Assembly (NCBI GenBank): GCA_964187785.1
Contig: OZ076413.1
Span: forward strand, 50,780,001-50,844,000
Direction of reading: 5' to 3'
Length of the DNA: 64,000 bases
Source: Amphiscolops sp. MND2022
Taxonomy: Eukaryota
Shown piece by piece: positions 47,125 through 59,018 of the stretch. Position 1 is the stretch's first letter, and each line of letters opens with the position of its first letter. Made by a program: the position numbers and the translations under genes. The notes beneath the pieces are model-generated. The model worked only from the letters and a program-made list of their open reading frames with translations, did not search any database and was not told the DNA's origin.

Positions 47125-49535
47125 CTTCTTCTTCTTCTTCTTCTATTGCTTTCACCCTCTTGCTGAGGGTACGCTCTCCCCCCTTCTGTTTCTGCAGGTT
47201 CGAAGGTGTCTGGCCAGGTTTGTGGCTGCTTGTGGAAATGTACATTGTGGGCATTCGACATACTTGACTTTGTAGGTTCTTGGGTTTGGCGATCTGGGTT
47301 GGTTTGGGCAGCATCTCTTTCTGTGTCTCGCGAAGTTTGTTGCCGTTATCCATGCCCCACACTGCTTGCATTGTACTGATCCCCCAACTCGTCGTTCTCC
47401 TTGGCATCGTTTCGCGTGATTTTTCATGGTATTTTCCGAATTGAATTCTTTTTGGCACGTGGGACATAAAAACTGGTTCCTGGGTTGGCGGTGTATTCTT
47501 TTGATGTGTATGCTCAGGCCGCCGGCCGATTTGCATGCCTTTTGGCATTCGGGGCATGTAAGGTCTCTTCGGGCGACTTCCGTGTTCCTGGGGAACTCGG
47601 CTGGAGCTTCTCTGTTTCCATGGCTTCTTTCCCACCTTTCGACATGGTTGGTCCGTTTCTTGATGATCTCTCTCCACTCTTTCCTGTTTGCTGTCAGTGT
47701 GTCTAGGTTGGTTGGGTCGATTCCGGCTTCTTTCACCAGCTTTCGCCAGTAATAGGGGGTCGTTCGGATCTTTGTTCTCTCCTTGGCGACCTCTTCCATC
47801 TCGGGGAGCCATCCGCATACCGCCCTCTTTGCAGGTTTATCATTCCCCATCCTGAGCACATGTCCAATTCGCTGTAGGCTTCGTTGTTCTATTTTGATTT
47901 GTAAAGAAGTTATTCCCAGGCTGTTTCTCACGTCTTGCATGTTGGTGTGTGTCTTTTCCATGGTTTTAAGGGGTGCTTCTCTTTTATTACTCCATACGTA
48001 TCTGTACGCTCGGTCTATCCAGCTCTGCATCGACTTGATTTCGCTCTTGTGCCATGATCTAGTCGTTGCATCAAACAGTAGTCCGGTTTCCACACATGCT
48101 TGGATGATCAAGGCTTGTTGTCGCTTCGATAATCTCGATTTCATCAGTTGGGGTTTCACTCTTGCCCAGAGTTTTGCTGCGCGCGATATGCGTCTGCGAG
48201 TGTCGATTATTGGGTCGACCCAGCACCCCAACATCCTTGTGTCCGCTGATTGGCTGTCTCCAAACACCAGTATTTCTTCCTTTGATGCGTTGTTTCTTTC
48301 TTCGAACATTTGCATGGTCTCCTTGATGGCTGCGCAACCCGTTTCCATCTCATCTGTGGTCCCCAAAATGGTCGTGTCATCAGCAAAAAGGGACATTGTC
48401 AGGTGTGTTCGTGTGCATTCGGAGTTAAATTTTCCGAACTGGTTCGGCCCCGGCAGCTTGCTTTGTTCAACGTGGTTCCACGGGATCCCCACTGGGTTTC
48501 CGCTCTTGCTTTGCCTGTTCCTCTCAGCTACTCGGATCACCATCTGGTGGAAGATGTTGAACAATACGGGGCTTGTTGGGCAACCCTCCCTCAGGCCTCG
48601 TTGTGGAATCCAGCTCTCGCTATCCCCAGTTTTGCCTTTGATTACGTAGGCCGTGGCTTCGTGAAGGTCCTTCAGGGTGTTCAGGAAGTTACCTTGCAGG
48701 GCGTGTCTTTCCAAAAACTGCCACAGTGCTGGTTTCGAGACCCTTGGGTAGGCCTTCTCCAGGTCTAGCAGGCGACCTTCGGGCTCTTTGCCATTTCCCG
48801 GAAGACCCATTGCCGTTCTTCTTGCTCTGATGTATCGCATGTCTTCTTGAATTCTCATGATCACTTGTGTTGCGTCGGCGGTCGACCGGCCCGGGCGGAA
48901 TCCGCTCTGGTTGTTGTCTAGAATGTTGTGTTTCTCTGTCCACGCTCTTAACCGCTTCGCGAACACTCTTGCCAAGATGCGGCTTACCATAGCCAGTAGA
49001 CAGACTCCGCGGTAGTTTCCGGGGTTGTCCCTGTCTCCTTTCTTGAACAAGGGGACTATTTGTCCAACTTTTATTAATTCTTCCCACTTGTCAGCTCGGG
49101 TTTCAAACATGTGTTGCACAAGCTCGACGACGTTCCACCGGATTTCCGCACAGGCTTCCCTGATGTACCGCATCCGCACTTTGTCACTGCCGGGGGGCGA
49201 GTCGTTGACCTCCTCCATGGCCTGCAGTATTTCTTCTGCGGATGGGGTGGCGTTCAGCTCCTCGTTTGCTTCAGTGAGACTGATCTCCTGGCTTCTATCC
49301 GTCGTCAGCTCTACCGCATTTTGGATCTCTTCCGGTGTGTTTTCGAACCTCTGTTCTGAGATTTTCGAAAAGTGGGCTCTGAACTGCTCTGTTGTGATTT
49401 TGTGACCCGCCTGGGGTTTGCTTTTCCTGGTTCCCAGTTTGCGCAGGACACTGTGCATGGCCCCGAAATCCCCTCTTCTTGCGGCGTCTTCACACTCGGC
49501 TATTCGCTCGTCCCACCATTCTCTCTCCAGGTCAA
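47125..49535 (-). mobile_element. 5'-truncated non-LTR retrotransposon (RTE-like) with a (GAA)n tail and a 159-bp TSD
   Basis: (CTT)6 at 47125-47143; identical flanking repeats 46966-47124 and 49536-49694. Confidence 0.93.
47152..49458 (-). CDS. Reverse transcriptase with four C-terminal zinc fingers; frame open up to the 5' truncation
   Basis: PPGSD, LFKKGD..NYRGVCL, QSGFRPGRST, DLEKAYPRV, GLREGCPTSPVLF, LFADD; CxxC..H..H/C x4. Confidence 0.93.
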   Translation of the reverse strand: MHSVLRKLGTRKSKPQAGHKITTEQFRAHFSKISEQRFENTPEEIQNAVELTTDRSQEISLTEANEELNATPSAEEILQAMEEVNDSPPGSDKVRMRYIREACAEIRWNVVELVQHMFETRADKWEELIKVGQIVPLFKKGDRDNPGNYRGVCLLAMVSRILARVFAKRLRAWTEKHNILDNNQSGFRPGRSTADATQVIMRIQEDMRYIRARRTAMGLPGNGKEPEGRLLDLEKAYPRVSKPALWQFLERHALQGNFLNTLKDLHEATAYVIKGKTGDSESWIPQRGLREGCPTSPVLFNIFHQMVIRVAERNRQSKSGNPVGIPWNHVEQSKLPGPNQFGKFNSECTRTHLTMSLFADDTTILGTTDEMETGCAAIKETMQMFEERNNASKEEILVFGDSQSADTRMLGCWVDPIIDTRRRISRAAKLWARVKPQLMKSRLSKRQQALIIQACVETGLLFDATTRSWHKSEIKSMQSWIDRAYRYVWSNKREAPLKTMEKTHTNMQDVRNSLGITSLQIKIEQRSLQRIGHVLRMGNDKPAKRAVCGWLPEMEEVAKERTKIRTTPYYWRKLVKEAGIDPTNLDTLTANRKEWREIIKKRTNHVERWERSHGNREAPAEFPRNTEVARRDLTCPECQKACKSAGGLSIHIKRIHRQPRNQFLCPTCQKEFNSENTMKNHAKRCQGERRVGGSVQCKQCGAWITATNFARHRKRCCPNQPRSPNPRTYKVKYVECPQCTFPQAATNLARHLRTCRNRRGESVPSARG

Positions 49536-51571
49536 ATTCTGTCTCAAATCATTCAGAGCATAGCCTGCAGCACTAAAAAACCTCTCCAAAATATTGGATG
49601 TCGGGAACAAGAAGCGACAGTCAAGATATTTCGATTCATCCCCCTTTTTCTGCCTCTTTTGCAGAATTTCTTCAGCGAAATCACTCTCTACTATTACCGG
49701 AGTTTGGTTTTCTTCGTCATCTTCATGTTTTTTCAATCTTTTACATTGTAAAATTTCGGTCAAGCTGAGCTCGTTTTCTTTCCCATCAAGAATTTTTACA
49801 ATTCCTGTTTCGAAATGCTTATTCTTCACAATACGGGCGTTTTTTCCGAAAATGAGTGCTATGATGAGTCCAACCATCTAATAGGAGTGCAAATCGATCG
49901 GGCAAACTTTTGGTGATGGCCTTCTCGACTTCTAATGTCGTCAAGTGCATGTATTTCATCAAAGTTTTTCGACAAATTGGTTGCAAGTTGGTATACTTTC
50001 TTGTCAGATCACTCTCGACGAACTCGAATGGCTTGAGTTCCATACACACCCAATCCAACCAACCATACAAATTTTGAGCTTTTTTGCTTACGATGCCATA
50101 GATTGGGTGACTCAATGTTGGCTGATCAGGTAGATCATTTGCAACTGTTTCACTTTTCTGCTGATGTTGCACTTTTATATGAGCATACAAATTGCTCCAA
50201 CCTGTACCTTTTCGCTGCTTCAATTTTCGGCCACATTTGCAAAGCCAAGTATCATTTTCACTTTCGAGTAATTTAAAGAATGTTTTACAGATCTCAGCTT
50301 GATTTTTCGACATGCTGACCTGAAATATACTGAAGAACAATTATTGCAATTATTGAAAGCACGCAATCAATTATTGGTAATTGAAAAGAATAGCAATTAA
50401 ATAATTGTTTATCAATTATTGCAATTAATTGGAATATCAATTTTTAATTGCCAGCCCCTGGGTATTATGCTCGGACAAAAGGGCACATGACCAGTTTGAA
50501 AAATATCTACATGTGGAAAAACTATGGGGAAAATGAGGATCATGTTCATTTAAAATGTGAGCCTCGGAATTGCACAAGAACTCCACGTGTGATGGAACAT
50601 CATGTTCTGCTGTTTTATTAAAGAAAACTGAAACCTTTGAGAGTTGAAGACCTTGAATCTAGCAGTTCCGAAACTGAGTTGGAATTTCCCTCACGCGGAC
50701 CAATCGAATGAAAAAAGCATTCGAAAAAGCATCGAAAAGTATTAAGTCAAAATCTGAGCCATTTCCGGTTCAGTTCAACTTTTGTTGACCACAGTCACGT
50801 TGGCTGTTTAGTAGTTCTTGAATGAGTGTTTGAAGCACTTTGATTAAATTATTTCACTTTCGAGTGCCTAATGGCACGAGAAACGTGAACATAATTCACG
50901 AGGGCATGAAAAACTCATTCAAGGACTGATTTAGTCAACGTTTATTCTTGTTCACAGCTTTTACCTTTTCCTAATTTCATTGATGCATGCAGTAACATTA
51001 ATGCGTGCTTCAAAGGAAAATTTTCACATGTTTCGTTTGTTCAACGGTTGTCACGATTTCGTTCATGCATATGGCATTGAAGTTTAGCAGTTCACTAACA
51101 ATATTGTACTTTCCACCATCTCTATTCGGAGTCATTTCCAAATTCAATTCTTTCTGTCTCATTAGAACTTGAAATCAAGCCATTTTTCTCTCATTTTAGA
51201 AAAAGAAGGTTCAAAGTATGAATTCAAACACATTTTCAAAATAAATGTTCAAAAACAATACTAATCAAAAATAAATGCATTCTCCAAAATGAACTCTAAA
51301 TTTACTAGGAATATTCTATTGCACAATTCATAAAGCAATTTTTTCGCTAATTTTCCAGCACTGAGCGCAAATAATTCTACAGGGAAAAGATTCATTCAAC
51401 CAAAATTAAATGGACTGAACAGGATAGCAAAAAATAACAAAAATTAGTGCAGAAAATTGCTTTGATAGACAAGGAAGCACCAATTTATTGACTGAGAAAA
51501 TCAATACTATATTTTGATTAGTTTTAAATCTCACAACGACATATTGAAAATCCCCCAATTATACTACATTC

Positions 51572-52141
51572 TGTACAATGATTCTTTAGGATTGCTCAAA
51601 AAGAGTTTTTGTTTGAATTTCAAACCTTCAAATCTCGGTAATGTACCAAGCAATGTCTTCAAAAATCGATATTCTAGAGCTAACGAACCTTCTCTGTCGA
51701 CGGACCACTCACAATTTGAGATAAAACAATTATTATAAAAAGAATTGTCCAATTATTGTAATTCTCTGGTTCAAGAAGCCACTTTGGCTTGAGCAAAGGA
51801 AATATTGACAAAAAACTGCGGTGAAACTTTTGAGAGATTCAACGTAAAATCAAAGTCTTGTCAATGAAGAAGTCAACCATAAGAATTTGATTGGCTGCCC
51901 AGCAGCGCGTAGCAGTTTTAATGAACCAAAAAGTATTATTCAATAAATAGGGCATCAAACAGAGTGTAAAATATTATCATTTAACGAATATCAGCAGAAT
52001 GTTTTTTATATAGTAGCTCTAAAGTGCTTTTTGGTATTTTCGGGTCTAACTTTCTTCCTTTTGACTGAAACTCTTGTTTAAAAATTTCGTTCAAGATGTT
52101 TCTTTACTCTGCGACATGCTTCAAAAATTTCGCTTCCAACA
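51572..52141 (-). repeat. 3' LTR
   Basis: TGTTGG...TACA on the - strand; repeat of 58446-59018. Confidence 0.96.
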
Positions 52142-52253
52142 TACCGGCCGCCTTGATTTCGCCCAGTAAATTAAATAGGAAGATTCTTTAATAACTGTTG
52201 ATCACTCAGCAATAGTTCCATAGAATGTATCAATGCTCCAACGTGTTTGAGAT

Positions 52254-55200
52254 TTACTCCAAACTGTCATTCAGTAAGGGAAGCTTCCGTAGTTTGGCTA
52301 CTGGTCTGTTAAAAACACCGTTCGAAGTTTTTACTTTTACAACGCGTACGAATTTGTCGGGTCCGCTATATACATACGTTATACGACCGAGAGGCCACTG
52401 GAGCGGAGCAACATTATCATCGATCAAATATACAAGATCACCGATTCTTAAATTTTCGTTTTCACTTTTCCATTTTAAACGTTCTTGCAATGAGGAAACG
52501 TATTCTTTTTTCCAACGCATCCAAAAACTACAAACTACCTATGAGATTTTGCAAAAAAACCCAACGTTTTTGTGGAGAACATTTTTTGATATCATCTGGT
52601 ACGCTAGATGTTTTCATTGCGAAAGCTTCTAAGTTTCCACCACAACAAAGGTGTGCCGGTGTTAAATGCTTGGGATCCTTTGGATCTTCTGACAGGACGC
52701 CTATAGGTCTTGAGTTCAGGACCCATTCGATTTGGCAAAACAATGTTGTTATTTCCTCAAAAGTGAGCACATTGTTCCCCATAACTCTCCTCAAATGGTA
52801 TTTGGCACTTTTAATTGAGGCCTCCCAAAGCCCTCCGAAATGAGGAGCACGTGGCGGTATAAGATTCCATTTCATGTTCAAATTGGCAGCTTCGACTTGA
52901 AAGGAGTCTGCGTGCTCATTTTTCAAAATATTCTGTAACGATTCAATTTCAGTTTTTGTACCTGCGAAATTTGATCCATTGTCAGTGTAAATCATAGCTG
53001 GGCATCCTCGCCTGGCAGTAAAACGGCGTAGAGCAGCGATACAAGCTTGTGTTGTTAAATCAGAAACTGCTTTGAGGTGCACTGCGCGACTAGCGAAGCA
53101 GACGAAAAGAGCGAGGTATGCCTTTACTGATTTTGTATGAATTCCCTTACAAATGAAGGGACCTCCAAAGTCTATTCCCACATCTTGAAAGGCTTTTGTT
53201 GGCACGTCTATGCGCGATTTGGGAAGGTCACCCATAAGGGGCATGTTGGCTTTTGCTGTAAACCGACTACACTTCACACAATTGAGAATAAATTTTCTGA
53301 TTTTTCCACGACTGGCTGGGATCCAAAAGTTTGTTCTGATTTGTGCCAGGACTTGGTTGGTACCACCATGCAGGGTTTTTTCATGGGCGTTAGCGATGAT
53401 TAATCGAGCAAGTTGACTCTCAGGAGGAACAATTCTTTGGTACTTCGCCTCGTCGGGTAAATTCGCATGCACGAGACGTCCACCCACGCACAAAACATTT
53501 TCATGAAGAAAAGGGTAGAGCTTTAAAATCCTACTGGTTTTGTCCACTTGGCTCTTGGTCTTCAAAGTTGGTACCTCATCCTTGTAGAACAAGCCTTGTT
53601 CCTGTCGTAGTAGGATGAACTTCGATTCAGTCCTTTCATCAGATGTTATGTAACCTGGAAATTTTTTATCTTCTCCTTTGAACCGGGAAAGTGCTCGCTT
53701 AACAGTTGCAACAATTCTCAGTGACATTTCGAAGGAATTTTGTTTCGTCAAATCAAAATTCATCTTCGCATTCTTTGACTCTGTTACGGTTAGTACCATT
53801 TGATTAGGGTCAATCTGTTTTACCTTGTGATCTACGCGTTTCAATTTTTCTTTTGTCTCGCAAAACTGACGCTGTTCTGGAAACTTGTTGGTGACCAACA
53901 ACTGAGGACCAGACCACCAAAGCAAATAATCCTTCAGCGCATGAGGGTCAATTCCTCTGGATGCAGCATCAGCTGCGTTATCTTCACTTGGTACATGTCG
54001 CCAAGTAAGATCCGCATGTTCCTGAATTTTAGAAATCCTATTCGCCACGAAGGTGGACTATTGACTAGGCTCCTTCAAAAGCCAAGCTAAAACAATTGTT
54101 GAGTCTGTCCATGCGTGTTTTGACTGAATTTTCATCTTCAGCTTTGAAAGACTTTTAACTACGGCGTCCAAAAGATTCACCCCTAATAGTGCAGAACACA
54201 GTTCAAGTCGAGGAATGGATTGAGTTTTCAACGGGGAAACCTTTGATTTACCAGTCAGTAGGCTGGATTTGATGTTACCTTGTGTGTCACAAGAAACAAC
54301 ATAAACACAGGCTGCATCACCTTTTTCCGAGGCGTCGCAAAAGAGATGTAGATTGACTTCATCAAATTGCTCGTTGCAAAGAGCGAGTCGATCAATCGCA
54401 ATTTCATTCAGAATCATCAACTTTGACCTCCATTGGCAATAAAACTTCGCAATGTCAGAAGGAAGGAGGGCATCCCAATCAGCTTTGCAGTTCCAGACTT
54501 CCTGCATTAGCTGCTTCAATTGCAAGATGACCGGTGAAAGCCAACCAAGGGGATCAAAAACTTTGGCAATATCGCTCAGGATTTGTCTTTTCGTAAGCCT
54601 TTCGGTTAAGTCCAACTTCAGGTGTTTAACGGTGAATGTGAATTTGTCCTTGATGGGACTCTAGACAATTCCAAGTGTCTTGATGGTGTGGTTCTCATTC
54701 AGAAATTGAAAGTTTTCGCTTGCCTCGCGATATTCAGGAGGAAGGCCTTGGGTTAGTCGGGGATCACTGCATGTCCATTTACGTAGATCAAATTGTCCTT
54801 GTTTCAGGGTCTCAATGAGACCTGTCTGTAATAATTTCGCCTCTTCCAAATTTTTTGCATCAGTGAGAATATCATCGACATAGAAGTCGCGTTCAATGGC
54901 TTCCTTCACCATTTCGGGTGTGTTCGGGAACTTGGCACAATCTAGAAGTGATCTGATTGCATGAAAGGAAGAACTTGCAACACCATAAGTTACTCGAGTC
55001 ATTCGATACGTCAAAATTGGTTCTGTCGGATTCTTGCGCCATAGAATTCTGTGCAAATCACGATCTTCAAGAGAGAGTTCAAGTTGGCGGTACATTTTCG
55101 CCACATCTGCTGACATTGCAATTTTGAACATGCGAAACCTGATTAAATTGTTAAACAAATCGTCTTGACATTTCGGTCCAACTAACAAACAATCATTGAG

Positions 55201-57475
55201 CGAGTAGCCGGTGGTAGTTTTCGCACTAACATCGAAGACAACGCGAAGTTTTGTGGTGGAGCTGTCTTCCTTTGTCCCGCAATGATGCGGGAAGTAGAAG
55301 TTTCTTGGATTATCCAATTGATCGTCCGGCACCTTTTCTAAATGTCCAAGATCAATGAATTCTTGGATGAACGAAGAGTATCGCTCCTTTAGTGATAAGT
55401 CATTGTTTAGTTTCTTCTCGAGATTGAGAAATCGGCGCATTGCGATAGCTTTGCTTGATCCCAATGTGGGTCCACAAGATTTCATTGGCATCTCAACGAT
55501 AAACCTTCCATCATTGTTCCGCTTCGTTGTACGATCGAAATGCTCAACGCATTCCCGTTCTGATTTAGTCAAATGTTTTTCCTCAGGTACGTTTTCAAGT
55601 TCCCAAAATTGGGTGATGTCGACTTTGTTATCATGAACCATGTTGTTTGTGTTGCTTTCATTACTCTGTTGAACAGGCCCTGAGACAATCCACCCAAAAA
55701 TTGAGTTTCGGATGTGTAGCCCCTTCTCTTTGAACTTTCTTCTTTCATCACATCTTCCAGAACATCTGCTCCAAGCAAAATATCAATTCGTCCTGGGGAA
55801 TTGAAGTTTGGATCAGCTAACTTGAGATTTTTGACGGACGCTTTCCAGCGTTGGAATCATCACCTTTTGAGGGGGAACAAGATTTGAAATCTTGGGAACA
55901 ACGTGCAGATCGACATGAACTGCATCATTTAGGACAGTTGACAAAACTCCTTTCGTTTTTTGTGAAGATGATGATCCAAACGGCGTTATACTGATTGAAT
56001 CTCCAAGAACTTTTACTTTTAAAGCATTGGCTCTACTTTCACTAAGAAAGCTAGCTTGTGATCCAGAGTCAAGCATAGCTCGGAGAGTCAGTGGAGTGCC
56101 ATTGGCATCCTTGATCATGACATATGCTGTTGATAAAAGAACAGTTTTCTTCAGACTGACAGCTCCATATTGGACATTTGAAACTGTTTCTACGACGGAG
56201 GTAGCATGAATTTCTTGCGAAGTCTCTTGAACCTCGACGGAAGTAGTTTTCATTTGAGAGGGGCGATGCAACAAGGTATGATGTTTCTGTCTGCACTCTC
56301 TACATGTAAACTTAGAGGGACATTTACTGACATTGTGGCCAAGTTGAAGACAATTATAGCATCCACGTTTGGTTTTCACAACATCAAAGCGTTCCGGTAT
56401 TGAAAGAGTTTTGAATTTCTGACACTCGTGTAACTTGTGTTCTTCATTGCATCCATCTATACATGATACAGAGGCAGTGTAAACCTGCGCTTGTCTCTCG
56501 CGTACATTCTGATTGCCTGCTTGTTGGGAAACTGGCTTTGATCCACTCGACTCTAGTGCTCGACTTCTTGTATTGAGAAACTGTGCTAATTGATCCCAGG
56601 TCAGATGTTCGGTCCCTGGATGCGCAAGTTGCCATTGCTTGCGAGACTCGGGATCCATTTTTTCTGAAAGCCAAAACACGAGGAGCGAATCCCATTGATC
56701 AGTGGGTTGCCCGAGTTCTTTCAAGGATCTAAGATGCTCATTTGTGACTTCCAACAGTTTTCTGAGGTCGCTTGCAGATTCAACTTTCATTGAGGATTGA
56801 GACCAAATTGATTGGAGATGAGCTTGTACGATGCTACGTTTGTTGGCGTATCTATCGGTCAGTAAGCCCAGAGCAATAGCGTAATTGGCATCAGTTATTG
56901 AAACCGAGCAAATCAATTTGGCAGCGTCACCTTTCAAGCAAGCGCGCAGATAATTGAGCTTTTCAGAGTCACTCAATTGTGTATTAGAGTTCACTGCCGC
57001 GTTGAATAGATCAAAGAATGACATCCACTCAGTGTACGATCCACTGAAAGTTGGCAAGTTCAAATTTGGCAAGCGGAGCTTACCCCCGGCACTCCTTGGT
57101 GAAGAACTTCTTCGCAAAGTGGTAGGATCACTCAATTCTAACCTTTTTTTGTAATTTTCGATTAAAGCGGTTAATCTAGCAATTGGAATGCCACTGCGTA
57201 TGTCAAACTCAGTAGCATTATCTCTCGGCGTTAGACTTAGCATCATCTTCAGTTTCTAGTTGAATTTCCAAATTCCAACGATGAATATCTGTTGCTTTCG
57301 TTCTCATGTTAGAAAGAACAGCTTCAGCTTCACAAAGTTGGTCCTCATTATTAATACCTGCATTTACTAACGTGTCTAAACGGTTTTCTAGACGCGTAAA
57401 GGCTCCTTTGTGGCCTCCTCGCACCTTAATTTTTTGTTTCAAGTCCAGTTTTTCCGCAGCGGGTTCCTCATCCAT
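52254..57475 (-). pseudogene. BEL/Pao gag-pol with several frameshifts and stops
   Basis: LPTFSGSY, CYNCL..HHTLLH, AMLDSGSQ, TTKLRVVFD, FYVDD, HLFCDASE, GIDFGGPF, TDNGSNF, APHFGGLWE. Confidence 0.94.
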
Positions 57476-57552
57476 CGGAATGAGCCTGTTTTTTTTATTC
57501 TTTACGGAAAGATAACAACTGATAAGCTAAAAAAGTCCTTATGCAGTAGTTC

Positions 57553-57659
57553 CAGATAAGCCCACGACGAGATCACGTCAGTAGGCTACACTAGATCCAC
57601 TGACCTAAGTTTAGAATCAGATAAACCCACGACGAGAACACGTCTGTAGGTTACACTAA
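57553..57659. repeat. Two ~42-bp direct repeats (65-bp period) in the gag leader
   Basis: CAGATAA(G/A)CCCACGACGAGA(T/A)CACGTC(A/T)GTAGG(C/T)TACACTA at 57553 and 57618. Confidence 0.85.
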
Positions 57660-57700
57660 TTCTAACAACCAGACGCGAATTAAGTCTAACCTAATCAGTT

Positions 57701-58276
57701 TTAGACGATTTTTTCAGAGGGAATCGCCGTTTTTTTCTGCGAAAGTCGTTTCCTCGGCCGCCTTGTATTCTGCGAGAGGGCTTTCAAATTGATGGAGTAC
57801 TTCAGAACAAGCTGCAAGGAACGAATCTCCAGCGATCCTTCTTGATGTAGCTGCAAATATTGATGTAAGAGTAAGTTATCCTGTTGTCTGCGACGTGAAA
57901 TCAAGTTTTTTGTAACTCTGATGACCACAATATTGGTTGACCGTAAAGCTTCGAAGATTTGGGGCGCTCCGAACCTTTGGCAATACACAATAGCTGCTAT
58001 TCGTTCCTTGTATGTTAGCAAAATTGACGCGAGTTGACTTCCTTTAAGACCAGTGTAAGAATTAGACTTATGTTTGGTGAGGATGTTATTGATAACGTCG
58101 TGCCAAATCACTAAATTTGTTTTTTGACGTAAGTACCCTCGTTCCAATAGGTGAGAGAGGTTGATAAGAGGCCTTTTGGGAGAAGTATTGGGGAATTTTG
58201 CAACAACACGTTTTTCTCTAGGAGGAAGATTTTCGATTGCGTGCTTCAAAGAACTAGCACCAACGATATACACCAT
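57701..58276 (-). CDS. Accessory 191-aa ORF between the PBS and gag; SGNH/GDSL-hydrolase-like fold suspected
   Basis: Intact from ATG 58276 to the stop at 57701. N-terminal VYIVGASSL, central VIWHDVINN, late QLH, basic C-terminal tail. Confidence 0.6.
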   Translation of the reverse strand: MVYIVGASSLKHAIENLPPREKRVVAKFPNTSPKRPLINLSHLLERGYLRQKTNLVIWHDVINNILTKHKSNSYTGLKGSQLASILLTYKERIAAIVYCQRFGAPQIFEALRSTNIVVIRVTKNLISRRRQQDNLLLHQYLQLHQEGSLEIRSLQLVLKYSINLKALSQNTRRPRKRLSQKKTAIPSEKIV

Positions 58277-58445
58277 CAATTTGATATTAAAATGTCGTCA
58301 ACTAATAATTTCGATGAAAGGACTTTCAAATTTTGCCGAATTTGCAATATCTGGAATATTTGATAGGCTTCGTTTTTCAGTAAAAATTGCGTAGATAGTT
58401 TCGTGTCCTGGAACTTCAGTGTCCGGGTCGTTAAGGACCAATAAA

Positions 58446-59018
58446 TGTACAATGATTCTTTAGGATTGCTCAAAAAGAGTTTTTGTTTGAATTTCAAACC
58501 TTCAAATCTCGGTAATGTACCAAGCAATGTCTTCAAAAATCGATATTCTAGAGCTAACGAACCTTCTCTGTCGACGGACCACTCACAATTTGTGAGATAA
58601 AAACAATTATTATAAAAAGAATTGTCCAATTTTTGTAATTCTCTGGTTCAAGAAGCCACTTTGGCTTGAGCAAAGGAAATATTGACAAAAAACTGCGGTG
58701 AAACTTTTGAGAGATTCAACGTAAAATCAAAGTCTTGTCAATGAAGAAGTCAACCATAAGAATTTGATTGGCTGCCCAGCAGCGCGTAGCAGTTTTAATG
58801 AACCAAAAAGTATTATTCAATAAATAGGGCATCAAACAGAGTGTAAAATATTATCATTTAACGAATATCAGCAGAATGTTTTATATATAGTAGCTCCAAA
58901 GTGCTTTTTGGTATTTTCGGGTCTAACTTTCTTCCTTTTGACTGAAACTCTTGTTTAAAAATTTCGTTCAAGATGTTTCTTTACTCTGCGACATGCTTCA
59001 AAAATTTCGTTTCCAACA
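58446..59018 (-). repeat. 5' LTR
   Basis: Repeat of 51572-52141. Confidence 0.96.

Larger units (their letters stand above)
46695..50460 (-). mobile_element. Internally deleted hAT transposon interrupted by a LINE
   Basis: 23-bp TIRs CAGGG(C/G)CTGGCAATTAAAAATTG; TSD GGTATTAT (46687-46694, 50461-50468). The N-terminal BED/DGW ORF (50340-49850) is fused to the C-terminal PTSNILERFFS region, which ends at 46873. Confidence 0.93.
51572..59018 (-). mobile_element. Full-length BEL/Pao LTR retrotransposon with extra leader ORF(s)
   Basis: LTRs 58446-59018 and 51572-52141 (4 substitutions + 2 small indels by eye); TSD CATTC (51567-51571, 59019-59023); PBS TGGTCCTT (tRNA-Tyr-like) at 58440-58433; PPT-like AAGGCGGCCGGTA. 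Confidence 0.97.

Noticed and set aside
47783..48768. Long + strand ORFs (288 aa and 152 aa)
   Set aside because: Antisense shadows of the RT ORF with no motifs.
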